Source: Yuukianura sp. NJ FZ-2021
Taxonomy: Eukaryota
Direction of reading: 5' to 3'
Length of the DNA: 64,000 nt
NCBI GenBank assembly: GCA_046563655.1
Contig: CM102288.1
Coordinates: 2,790,001 to 2,854,000 of the forward strand
A model generated the notes under the pieces. That model was not told the origin of the DNA. It saw only the letters and a program-made list of their open reading frames with translations, and ran no database searches. Below are positions 38,478 through 51,300 of this stretch, in pieces (position 1 is the stretch's first letter; each line of letters opens with the position of its first letter). Position numbers and translations under genes: made by a program.

Positions 38478-39879
38478 TTAAGTGGTTAAGTTAAGGCTCC
38501 CGTCCCGTCCGTCCCCGTCGAACAAGTTACGTAAAGTACTTAACCTATGGATGCTTGAATTACCTGTGAAAAAAAATCGCTTGAATACATTGAAATCAAA
38601 TGAATATTTGGTTAAATTTTAGAACCTAAACATCACACCGTTAATTTGTTAATAAATTCATTCCATTACCTTAGTCAAATTAAGATTTCACGATTTCACT
38701 ATTTCGTCTTCCTGACCGTATTGCTTCTGCTTCTGCTTGTTGATAAAAAAAAATATTTTAATTCGTTACTCCGTCTTATCAGCTGTTTCTGATATCGAAG
38801 GAGTTTCCATAAACAATTAATAATTAACCACTCAATTAGTCAATACTAGTAAATCCACAATTCACCTTCAACAACCTTGTTTTTTTACATACCCCACTTA
38901 TGCCTGCCATCTAAAAACCAAAGTCTTACATACGGATGTTAATTGTGGTATGCAAAATTCACAAGCTCAAGCACGTAACCTATTTATAGCCATAGACCAA
39001 ACTGCACATACCCAAAACAGACCCGCCAGAAGCGCATAGCGTTTCTTCGTAGTACCGAGAATTCTAATAATAACCGAGTTATAAAAAATGGCTCTCTTTT
39101 CATTAGCTAGCAAATGCAAAATTAAGGACGTTTATTAAGCTGAGGTGTATTCTGGGTTCCTTCCCGAAATTCCTCTATAAATTATATAAATGATATAAAT
39201 AAATACAAATCAGTATTCTACTTATAACTAACTGGGCCTAAACTGCGCAGTTTATCATTAGTTTAAATTATCTCCACAAATTCTTCTTAAATTATATATG
39301 CTCTGAATCAGCTTATCAAGCCCTTTCCAACATGAAAACATGATATTATTACTTGTATGGGGTTGTCTGTCATAAGGTCAGCGGTGACCTCAGAGGTCAA
39401 TGACCATAAATTCACCAGTTCGATGACAATCTTTCAACAATTGACGAAACTACGCGGTTGGCAAGAGTTTCTAATTTCACAAATTTCTACCCCCGTGACC
39501 ATCAAACGGGCAGGTCATGGGTCAAATGACCAGGGGAGTTCGAGCTATGCCGTAGGGAACTACCATCCCCCAAATTTTCATTCGAATCGGAGAAATTAGG
39601 AGACAATTTTTTTCCTGAATTTATCACGAGTTTCATATTCACTAACTCATATTTGTAATTTTTCTTTGTGTAAATTGTGCAAGAAGTTTGGCGCTTCCAC
39701 ATTTCAAAATATAGAATATGAATATAGAATCTACATTTATATTCTATATTTTGCTCTATATTTCCGTTTGCAATTACTCTCTATAAGTGTAATAGTAATG
39801 TAATAATTTGTAGTTAGTCTTTTAGTAAGTGTAGTAGTTTTAAAGTTTTTGTAGTTGTTTCGCAATGGGAGATCACCAG

Positions 39880-40120
39880 AGTGACCAAGTCAGGGTTCCG
39901 TTGTTTAGTTGCGCGTGTGACTTTGGTTTTGGAGGGAGCCGAATGCGTGACGTCTAAAAAAAACAAAGCATATTTTCTGCGACCGTTGGAATTGGTTGGA
40001 AAGCTCGTACTAGGCATTTGTTATCCCTCCTTCTTTTGTTAGTTAGAAGTTAGAACGTTGTCATTGTTGTCTGTCATTTCATGCATTGTGTCATCGTAAA
40101 AGAATCAATTTGAAGTCTCG
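39880..40120 (+). promoter_or_regulatory. G2/M-type promoter of RacGAP1 (Myb sites, CCAAT box, CHR)
   Basis: CCGTTG (=CAACGG) at 39898-39903 and 39983-39988, ATTGG at 39991-39995 and TTTGAA at 40109-40114, just before the 5' UTR donor at ~40168. An E2F-like TTTGGCGC is at ~39688. Confidence 0.4.
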
Positions 40121-40306
40121 AAGTTGCAGGATTAATCGATGATTGTGTTCAACTAATTCACGACAAGGTAATAAGCAAAAATTGAGTCAATGTCAGATGC
40201 TTAGTATTTATGATTTTGGATTTACTAATTGCCAATTTTGTTATTTCAGAAAACCTTAACACTTGCGTATTGCGTTTGGACTACTAGAAAAGTATTCTAA
40301 AGTACG

Positions 40307-43300
40307 ATGTACAACAACATGGCGACACCTAGCACTACACCAACTACTCGTCGCCTCCTTTATCGTGCTCAAGCAACTACACCAACCACAGGGTCTAAAC
40401 CGATGAAACTGACAATTCCAACTCCAAGTATCAATCGTGGTGAAACAGTCGGAGATCTACCTCCGTCTGTACTTTTTGATGACCTAATGCGACATCATGA
40501 TCATTTCATAAGCTACTCTTCTGAAACTGGTATGACCCAAACCTAATTCGGAAAAATTTTACTATAGGGGAATGGCCGTAATTTGCATATGGGATATGTA
40601 CTTACACTAATTCAAGGGTGCTGATTACGAATCTGCAATCAGATTTGTGCGGTCTCGTCAAGGAACAAAGTTATGATTTTTTGAAAATTTTAAATTTCCT
40701 ATGCCAGACTTAGGTAATACACCCTATAGACGTCATCACTATTGTGTGCTTAACCAAACCTAACTCCGCGCCTTCGGCGCGGATCTGCATGCTAAAGCTA
40801 GCCATACTTGATCAGTATTGCTAACTGTGCCAGTATAGCCAGACGTGGACAACACAACCGACAGACATAGTCAGTATTGTTGTTGCACCAGTAGGGTTTT
40901 GTTGGAGGAGAAAGAGAAGTGAACTGTTTCCTTCCACTTCCACACATCTCTCATCTCCACTCATTCAAAACCCTATTGAACCATTTAGAAATAGAAAAAT
41001 CGTAACTCCGTTGTTTGACGAGACCGCACAAATCTGATTGCAGATTCGTGATCAGCACCCTCGAATTAGTTTAAGAGCATATGACATATGCAAATTAAAT
41101 TAGGGCCATTCCCCTATAGTAAAATTATACCCCTAATTCACTAAATATTTGTAGAACAGGACGCTAATGTCAATTTCGTTGCTTATAGAATTTCTGGAAT
41201 TTATCAACGCTCAGGAGGACTGTCGAAAGAAATGGTTCGCATCAGAGCAGGAAGTACTTCGACTTAAAATCGAGGCTGAAACTTTGAAGGCAGAGCAGCA
41301 ACGTAACCAAAAGCTAATGGCTGACTTCCGGCGACAATTTGAAACAAAATTGGAAGTTATTTCTCGCTTGGAAAGTGAAATTGAAACAAGGCGAACCCGA
41401 ATTAACGCTGGGATGAGTCTCAGTCGAACTTACTTGAACGATACACGAATCTCATCTGAGGCACGGGACAAAGTTAGCAACATTCTTGCTGTTTTGGAGG
41501 GTATTGATGTAAAGAAGGACAAGAAACATTTACATTCTCCTGGAGGTGGACTAGACACTATCTCAGAAGCAGAAACAACTGGTAAGCACATCAAAGATTT
41601 CGCTTAGCAGTCTGTAATCGCAGAAGAACGGTTTAACTACGATTTTTTTAACTCACAGATTTGAGTATCACCCAATCAGAAGACGACCTTGACTTCTCCG
41701 TCAGACGACGAACCCGAGCACAATCCAAACGACGTTCAAATGAGGCTCATCTGGATCAAGATGTCAACAGGAAGAAAGTCCGTACTGCTAATGGTGTTCG
41801 GGTGGGTTTTCGTATTATCTACCTATAAAATCTTGTTATATAAATTTCTCTTATGTTAATTCTTTTTCACTTGTTGTTTTTAGCAAGTTATTGAATCTTC
41901 TGGGAGCATGCAAAAGGTTATATCAAAGACCATTGTTTCTATTCCTCATGGGGGAGGACCTGTTCAGACAACTTCAACTTTGGAGTCCATTCCATCCTCA
42001 GGCCGTGGTGACGAGAAGACTTATCTCGCTCATACTCTCCAACCTTCTGCACCACCAATGACAAGCGGTAAGAAAGTTAGCAAATATTACGACCATTGCG
42101 AAACCTGTAACAGTTACGAACAATTAATTAACCTCCTCTTTCTCTTATGTCGTCCTTTAGAAAGTGAATCAGATGTGGCATACACTGGTAACCCACCGCG
42201 TTATTCTGCGCGCTCTTCCATTGCCAAACAAGAGTCAAAGGAAAGTCCACGCTTTGGTCGTACACTTTCTTCAACCAGCGGAAACATGAAGAATCATTCT
42301 TGGACTCCGAAGACAATTACGATGCCTGAAACTTGTGGATTTTGCTACAAGCGAATTCATTTCACAAAACATGCTTTCAAGTGCAAAGGGTGCAAGGCCG
42401 TTATCCATCCGGATTGTAAGGACAAAGTTGTGTTTCCATGCATTCCGATGTCAACGCCTTCAAAGGGCGCCAAAGGAATTGTAAGTCCACTTTTATTTTG
42501 TGTTGAAATGGATTTAGTTTTACTTTTTTCTGTGTGTTTTCCGTAGGGTATTATTGCTGATTACACTCCAAGTACTCATCCCATGGTCCCTGCTCTCATT
42601 CAGCACTGTGTCAACGAAATTGAAGTCCGTGGCTTGAGCAGCGAAGGGCTCTATCGTGTGCGAGCACTGGAACGGGAGATCAAGGAATTGAAAGATCGCT
42701 TTCTCAAAGGAAAAGGAGTTCCGCCATTGTCACAGTATGATCCACATGTGCTATGTGGTTGCGTCAAGGATTTCTTGCGCTCACTTCGTGAGCCGCTTAT
42801 TGGTCGTCACTTTTGGCGCGACTTTGCTCTGGCTACGGAAATCACTGATCCGAAGAGAAGACAAGAAGAGGTCCATCGTGCTCTTGAAGAATTGCCGCCA
42901 CCGAATCAAGATACTTTGGCTTTCATTATTCTTCATCTTCAAAAGTACTGTAACTTGTTTTGTACATTTTTGAGCAAAAATGATGTCAACTTTTTTTTTT
43001 TGTTCTGTAGGGTAGCTGAAGTGCCTGAAGTGAAGATGCCATTGACAAACATGGCCAAAATATTTGGACCATCCTTGATCGGCTACACTTCGTTTGATTT
43101 GGATCCAGCCTCGGTATTGCAAGAGACGAAGAGACAACAACTCATATTGACCAATTTACTCAACATCCATGGATCCTACTGGACACAGTTTCTGAATCGG
43201 GCCAATACGATTCCTTTGGGAGACACGAACGGAGCCACTGTGCGTCCACGAACCAAGCGATTCAGTTCGGTTGGCAGAGCTCGTGGTGGAACGCTTACTA

Positions 43301-43529
43301 CTTCGTCAACTACGCCCCAAATTTCAGCTCCTGTTGCTTCCAACCACCCAAGTGTCAAGAAAATTTATTTTGAAGATGCTTCACCAAAGAAGTCTCAAAC
43401 TCAACAAAATGAATCCAACGTGACTCGGTAAGTTGATGACAAAATCATTGCAATCTTTTTGCATCGAGAAGACTGGAGTAACAAAAATTTTGTTTTGTTT
43501 TCAGCCCGAAGCGTACATTTTTTGACTGA
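40307..43529 (+). CDS. RACGAP1: Rac GTPase-activating protein 1 (centralspindlin subunit; tumbleweed/RacGAP50C/CYK-4)
   Basis: N-terminal coiled coil (QEDCRKKW…), Plk1-region-like DLSITQSEDDLD, C1 domain HSWTPKTITMPETCGFCYKRI…CKGCKAVIHPDCKDKVVFPCIP, and a RhoGAP domain [25 protein letters not shown] with the arginine finger intact. Approximate exons: 40307-40529, 41190-41581, 41660-~41801, 41884-42067, 42161-42480, 42547-42944, 43011-43427, 43505-43529. Confidence 0.94.
40561..41120. mobile_element. MITE with ~125-bp terminal inverted repeats in RacGAP1 coding intron 1
   Basis: ACTATAGGGGAATGGCC…CGAATCTGCAATCAGATTTGTGCGGTCTCGTCAA (40561-~40680) is the reverse complement of ~40995-41120. TA-flanked ends are compatible with the Tc1/mariner group. 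Internal hairpin TCCGCGCC-TTC-GGCGCGGA at ~40765-40783. Confidence 0.88.
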
Positions 43530-45358
43530 CAAGAAGATGAAAGAAGTTTTATATTAAGGCCGCATGTTGTGCCAACTGTAAATTAGCAATCTTATAATTG
43601 GTTTTCATGAGTTGAATTAACTTAATTTACTTTATACTTTGATTCTAATAACTTTAATTGCATTAGGTTTTACACCTTTTTTGCCTGTTTACTTACCTCA
43701 GCAGTTTCATATGTTCTTAATCCTGAAGTGTTCTAATTCATCTGCACGCAAAAGTGCCAAGTACCTACTTCATCTTTACACTGAAGTGCTCAAATTCTCC
43801 AATTTTCTAAGGAACCCCAAATATTCGTAATTAATTACTTCAAATATTCAACTTCACTTAACTGTAAATCTCAAATAAACTTTAACTTTGTAAATAATTG
43901 GAAATCGTTGCAAAAGGACAGTCTGGATAGGCCAAAAAATTTTTTCAAGCAAAACTAGCCAAGCTTTTCCAATTCTGAAATTCTGTCGTAGTGTCAAACG
44001 TTTTTTTTACCTATTTTAAACGTATAGGTTACCTAGTTAAAATTAAAATTCTAACAATAAAAAACCAGTCGGCTTATTGTTTCAAAAAAATAGACAACGA
44101 AACAGTTGTGACACGGTCCTTTTGAAAAAGTGCGGGAAAATGCATGAAATTAGCGTTTGAATAATTTGGTGGTTGTTGTAGCAGTTACTCGAATAACCCT
44201 TGTCACCTTCTGAATTTGTGTGGTTGATGTAGCGGCTGCTGCACAACACCCCTTGTCACCCACTTGGATTCTGAAGTGAAGTTTAACATTGGGGGATAGG
44301 CAGAAGGACGGAAAAGTTGACAGGAGATTATGCGGAGCAAGAAGGCTCCTCCCTCTCCCTACCCTTTTTCCCATCACTCAACTTCCCCATACCAAAAGCA
44401 CACAAGACCAAAAGACCTATCTCGCCTCTTCGCTTCGTATAATCTCCGATCTACTTTTCTCCTCTCCCAAAGTCCTCCCATGCAAAAGACTCTTCAAAAA
44501 CTTTTCAGAACACAAGCAGAATTCCCATTTTAGAAAATTCTAAAAATTTGAACTCTATTGCAATTTCTGCAACTCCATCGACCGATCCATGTTGCAGGAC
44601 AGTATTGCACATAATTTGGTGCAAAATTTTTGTAAAAAACATCCTCAAAATTTTTTGAAATTTTCATCGCGATTTGCACCATTTCTTTGCCATCATCCTT
44701 TCAGTCAAGATGCAAAACATCATGTCACATACTTTAAAGCGGAAACGAAAAATTTGGAAAGAAGGATTATGAAAAAAAATGAAAAAAGGAACAACTTTTT
44801 TTTATTGTAGTTTTTCTGCTTCGTCTTCACGCCGTATTAAAATTAATTAATTTCTATGCTGCTGAACTTGGCTTTTAGTTCAGGAACGAAAAAATTTATT
44901 TTTTAAGAAGTGTCTAGTTGTAGCAATAAAAATCTGTCTTTTTCTTTTTTTTTTTGAAATTCCTATTTTGAAAAACCCAAATTTTTAAAATTATTTTCAA
45001 AATTTCAAAAACAAATTGCCTCGGCCTTGCTCTTTTTACCTTCAGTTTTTATTAATCGAAAAGAATTTGTGTAACCACGAGTTTTATAGCAAAGAACACA
45101 CCTTTTCTGCTTGAGAAATAGAGAGAAAACGAAAACCAATTCTTGTACTAATTTTAAAATGAAATATTGCAACTTGCAACATTTGAGTGAAATACTTTTA
45201 TTTTTATCACATGTCGAATTGATTGTTTTGAGATCTAAAGCACCTTGCTTTTTTTAAGTTCTTGCGATTTACGTTTCCGTTTACGTTGCCAATTTAGCAC
45301 CACAAAAAATTACGTGCGTTGCGTGGTTTGAAAAAAAGTTTTCGTTTTGAGATCAGTT

Positions 45359-48300
45359 TTAGACTTGCAATAAGATTGCAACTCCACCCAAAATCCACTT
45401 CGACGGTTTCTCACGTGTGCGCAAATTGAAGGTCCAGACGTAAGTTGGGCCACGGTTTCGTGTTTTGTACACTGGACACTCATACATGTTACGTAAATCC
45501 AACTTGTCTTGCGTAATCGCCTTCAGCGCAATCACTGGCATCGGTGGATACAGGTCCTTCAGCTTGGCTTCAGCGACGCTTTTCAAAAAACAACAAAAGA
45601 TTTTTAGAAATATTTGAACAGGAAATTTTTGAATCCCAAAGTGTCCATCAGTTCCACTTACCACCCAAGACCCAAGTCCCACCGTGCTCCCTCCATGAAG
45701 ATTCCGTGAATACAAGCAGTGTCCTTTGGTGGGTTTCTACAAAAGAGTTCAAATTAAGCAGAACTGTTGACAGTTTTGATTTTGGGTGTAAAAATCAGAC
45801 TTACGAAAACTCTTCTTTGTATTTCTTGGTGACATCACACTGGAGACACATTTTGTCCAGGGGCAGTTCGTTTTTGCGTGCAGTGACCTGCATGATGGCA
45901 GTCAAAAACGACTGTGGGTTGAAGAATCCGCCCAACCAAACAGCCGGTGGCAGGAAGAAGTCTGTTGACCAAGTTTCAAGTTCGCGCACACGCAGTAGAA
46001 GATCGGCATACCAAGATCCTAGGCCAAGCGTAGTTGGGTAAGCCCGTTTTGTCCAGACAGCTGGAAGTTGGTCCATGAACAGAGCGTTGCCCAAATCCTC
46101 CATCTCAGAAGTAATGGTCAACTCACCCTGGATTCAAAAAGAAGAAAAATTAAAATTTTCAAAACTTTTTCAAATTCAGTTTTTGTCATACCTTGAGACC
46201 AAGATCAAGTTCATGAAGTGATTTGCGCATAATGGTGGTTAGGAGATTCATGCGTTCGCATTCCTGGATTGCTACGACCACAAATGGAGTCTTGTCTTCT
46301 GCTCGACCTTGGATTTCACCCATGTTGAACGGATCAGGCAACTTGTCCACGATATCATCCAGGATTTGCTTGATCTGGAAAGTTACCAAGGAGTGACATT
46401 AGAAGCTTGAGGAGGGAAATTCAAAATACTGGGAAAGTTATCGACTGACCTTCTCCTCCTTGGTCACCGTTTGACCTCCACTGGCTCCAGCGTCACGCGG
46501 TTGCAATTCAAAGATGGTTTTGAACAACTTTTCAGAAGTTGCCGTGAGCACACCGATTTCAGCGTTTGGATGAAGACCGTAGAGCACTGGAGATTCAGGT
46601 GGCAGCGCTTCGTCAATGTACTGATGGTATCTAAATATAAAAAAAGTATTTTTTTTTTTTTTTTTTGAAAAAAAGTGCTATTTTTTCAAAATTTGAACAA
46701 AAAATTGAAGTGTGTAGGAAATGTTACCCTTGGTAATCCGTGCTAGGCGGAGCTGGAAACGATGGGGCGTACAGCACTTCCCCGTCAAGCTACAAAATTT
46801 TAAACCAAATTGCATAACTCAATTCAACCTTTTTTGAAAATGTTCCAAATTTTTGAAAATTACGAGTTCTTGGAGCATGTACTCCTCCAAGTAAGTTCGG
46901 CATAGCTTCCGATCCCAGTCGTCAGTGATGTGTCCACCGTACATGATTTCTCCAAACAAGTATCTTAGATCTTCCCAAGGAACTTTGTTGTTAGCTTCTA
47001 AGTAGTTGAACAGCACATTTACGCTGATCGTCAAATCGCCAGTACTAAAAGGGTAGATTCTGTTCCAGCCTTGAGTGCCAAACTTCCGGCGTTCAGCCAC
47101 CACAGCATGGAAGTAGCACAAGGAAAACAGAACTGCTTTGAACTCCAGTTCTTTGGAACAGGACTCCAGCGTCTCAGGACCAAAGTTATCCAGCGCACGA
47201 TGCAAGTTGGCCATCATCCCGGTCGGCGGTTCATTCGTAATTTTGATGGCAGATTCCAGAATTCCCTAAAACAGGTGGAAAACGTTCAAAAGTTGTACTT
47301 TTTTGAAGTTTGAGGTTTCAGATTTCATTCGGCAGTCACCTGAGGAATGATGTGGGACTCGACGCTTTGAGCAGGCTCTGCACTGAGGAACACGCGGTAC
47401 TTTTTGTGTGACTTTTCAAAGTTTTGTTCCAACTTTTTTTCTAAAGTAGGCAGCCATCTTGCCACCAAATGAATGTTCTGGAGAATGACCCAGTGACCTT
47501 CCTTTGCCGCCACATCCAGAGCATTTTCCGCAACAATTTCTTGACCTTGACCCAGTGACACATTGTGGATGTTGCCTTTGTCAATTGTCATGCCTAGTTT
47601 CTTCCCAAGGGCTTCCACATCCTATAAAAGTTGAAAAGTTAGAATTCTGAGAAATTTTTCGAAAATGCAAATATTTTCTTACTTTGAGTGGATCAACACC
47701 GGGTGACAAAATGAAAAAGACTGGAGTCGAGTTTGACGTTTCTTCAAAAGATCGCTGAAAGTCTACACGCCGTGAGCGGACAAACTTCACCCCAAGCGCT
47801 TCCTCGATGTAAACTTGAACAGCGTAGGTCATACGGTCTGGACGCAAACAGCGCATGATACAAAGTCGTCCAACTCCCGTTTTTGACTTCCACTCTTGCG
47901 GCAACTTTTCTCTTTCAGACGTTTCAGTCTCTACGATTTTCTTCCAGCGTTTAGCCGATCCCTCAATGTCCTTGTCCAGATTTCTAAAACAACCAAAAAA
48001 GTTTCAAAAAGTCCACATTTTTCAAAAAGTTGATTTTGAATTTCAGTTTACTTGTAGTCATCCATCAGCGTCAGACTTTTCACAGCACCCCAGCTTGTAT
48101 TGGTCAAAAAGTCGACTGGACTAACAATGTTCGGCGTGATTGGAAAGCGGAGCAGAAAGTCCAAATCTTTCGGCTGAATCAGTTCCTTCTGCAGTTGAAT
48201 TTGAAAGGCCATTTGAGCCGTGAAGATTAGTTTGTCACACTCAAACAGTCCACGAGCAGTGTACTGCCAAACGGCAAAGGTGATGCTGTCAATTAGGTTC

Positions 48301-51300
48301 TCAATTCGTTTCGATACTTCGTCAGCCTTTGGAGCTCCCTTGATTGCGTTCTGGAAGACGGTGCTGAACGCTTTCAGCGAAAACTGGTAAATGGGGTTGA
48401 TCAAATTGAGGTCATTGAGGATAAAGTAAAGCAGAGAAGCTCGAATGGCCGCTGGGCGGTACAACTCCCGAGCAGCATCAATCTTGGCCGAAGTTGTTAC
48501 GGCCTCTTTTGCCTTGACCTCGACTTCCTGTGCAGTTCTCTTGGTGGTCTCCAGGTTTTCAATCAGTTCCGTGTCGTCTAAGAAGTTTCCTTGTGCCGAT
48601 TGCAGGCGAGAGAGCAGATTATCCTCAAGTTTTTTGAGGGAAATTTTGAATTCGTTCTGAGCTTTGGTCAGTTGACTCTTCTGGGCTTCCAAGTCCGGTC
48701 GTTCGACCTTGACCACTTCGGCCAACAACTGATCTTCCAGACCATCCCGTGTCACGGTGAAGTTGATCAGAGTGGCCTGAGCTTGCATCTCCGGTTTGTA
48801 ATGGGGATTGGCCAATTTCGTCTGGAGAATCAGTCGGAAGTTTGGATTGTAGTCGATCTCACGATCACCCATTTTGATTGCCCTAAAAAGTCACATTTAG
48901 AAAAAGAAAGTGTAAAAGGAAGTTTCAGTTTCCAACTTTTCAACTTACGTTCCTTTACGAATCAAATTTCGTGCCAAAAGTGGTTCGAGCACAGGATCAA
49001 CCGATTCCATGATATTTTCTATCAGAACTGTAGAACCTTCTTCAATTGCCTAAGTAAAGATTGTAATTTTCAAAAAAAAAAATGAACTTTTTTTTTGTTA
49101 AATTTTGAAAAGTGGACATACTTTTTCGATGACCTCCAAGTACCCCTTCTGTCCCAATCGCAAGACTTTTAGCTTGGCTCCATACATGTTTTTGATCCAC
49201 TTGATTCCTTGGAGCTTTTGAAGTAAAAACAGAACATTTTGAAAATTTGAAATTTTTAAAAATTTAAAAAAGCTTCTTACCTGCGGATCAATCATGAGGG
49301 GCCACCGTTGGGAGTTGACCAAAATTGTAGCATTTTCACTTGACATGCGGTCACTCGGAAGTCCAAAGTTGTTCCACTGTGCAATTTCAGCATCGTCGGT
49401 CAAGCTGGCCAGAGGGTCAACAGTCTCTGACATTGGGATTGCCGGCTGTCAAAATATTGAAAACTCAAAGCAACTTTTTCCAAAAAAGAAAAATTCATTT
49501 TTCCAAAAAATTCATAAAGTGGCAGGCTTACCACTAGTTTTTTCAAGTATGGAATCCACGTTTTATCCAGAAGCTCAATTCGGTATCGTTTGGTGAAACA
49601 GCCGACGTAGGATACAAACGCTGTCACAAGCAGCATGTCGCCAGGAATCGTTTTGGTACTGGCTCGATAACTGGATAAAAAACACAGGATCAACACTTCT
49701 TGGATAAAGTATCAGATCACGATACTGGAGATATAAATATTCTAGCTGCATCAATTATATTACTTGTGAACGTTTTGAATCCAGCGACTCTTCTCGGCTC
49801 CTAAACCACCGACAAGCCGATTGGCCAAGTCAATTGTACGAGCCGTTCTGTCAGCTTCGGCTTGGCATTTCATTTTTGCAGCAATAGCCTTCTCATAGTC
49901 CCTCGTCAGCACACCCAACTTGTTCTCCAGTTCCTAAACAATCACGATTGGGGTTGCGTTATGTTAGGCTAACAATAAGTTACCGCAAGCACATTAGGTT
50001 ATGTCCAGCACATCTTAGTATTTTGCTTACCACAATCCGAACTTTGAGATACTTGAGCCGATCGTTAGCTTGATTCAAAGTGGCCGTAGCGTCATTCAGG
50101 GCTTTCCGTTTCGGACCCACGTCTTGAAACACTTCGTTGAATTTCAGAACGTTGATCACGTACGAACAAATTCCTAAAACAACATTTTTGAATTCAAACG
50201 AAATGGGGATTTTTTTTGAAATGCCATAACTTACCTGCGGCGGCTGTTGACTTGGATTTGATAATTTCTGGGTTGAACGACGGTGCACTTGTGTACTGAC
50301 TCATCGCATCCACCATTGCCATTGTCAAATTTTCTTTGTTCAAGTTCATCAGGCCATCCAAAAACTTTGATGCATCACTCATCATTGTTGTCTAAGAAAA
50401 AAATTGTAAAAAAAACATTGAGGTTTTTCGCGAACTCCTATTTCAATTTTGGTCACCTTGCACTGCTTCCAAGATCGATCTTTCGGGATTTTGCCAGTTC
50501 TGCATCCTTCCCACATGATGTACACAGCTGAAATGACATTGGCGACATCCGGGGGTGGAGAAGTGAACGTCTTCATCTCAGTTAAATTCGCTTTGTTCAA
50601 AGTGTTCAGCGCAGCGTAGGCAGCAAGCAGCGCTGGTTCTGCCTTGACGAGCTCAACTCGACAAATTTCCTTGATTTTGGCAACTTCCTCTGCAGTCACG
50701 GCGACTTTCTGCTCCTCAACCGCAGCATTCGATTTCTCAGTCGTCACAAGATTGGTTTCACGTCCCACGACTAAAAAAAATATAAAAATTTCAATTTTTT
50801 AAGAATAATTTCAAGTTTCATAAGTCGTACCTTCAATCAGTTGGTCCGCCTTTTCGTTCTTTTCTTTGAGCACAACTTCTTGAACAGCGAGTACTTTTTT
50901 CAATTTTTCCACTTGCTCCGCACAGGACTCGAGTTTGTACAATCCAGACTCCAAGCGATCAGCCTTCGCATAGGCAGTTTTGTTCTTCTCGGTGACCAAC
51001 TTTCCATAGAGCGCAATTTGTTCCAGGAAAGACTTCGGAGTGGTGTAGTTGTATCGCTTCTCATTGGCCAAGTACTGCTTGGACATTTCGGATACTGAGG
51101 AGTGAACATAGGCCATGAAACTGGCAATGGGGTCATGGAGTTCGTGGGGAAGTACTTCAATGTCCTTCACAAATCGCTGTGACACGGACATCAGAGCCTA
51201 GAAGGTTAAGGCAACTTTGAAAATTCAGAAAATTTTTGAAATTTTGCTTGAAAATGCTGTGAAGTAATTACCTCTTGTGGCCATTCGTGAAACCAAATAA

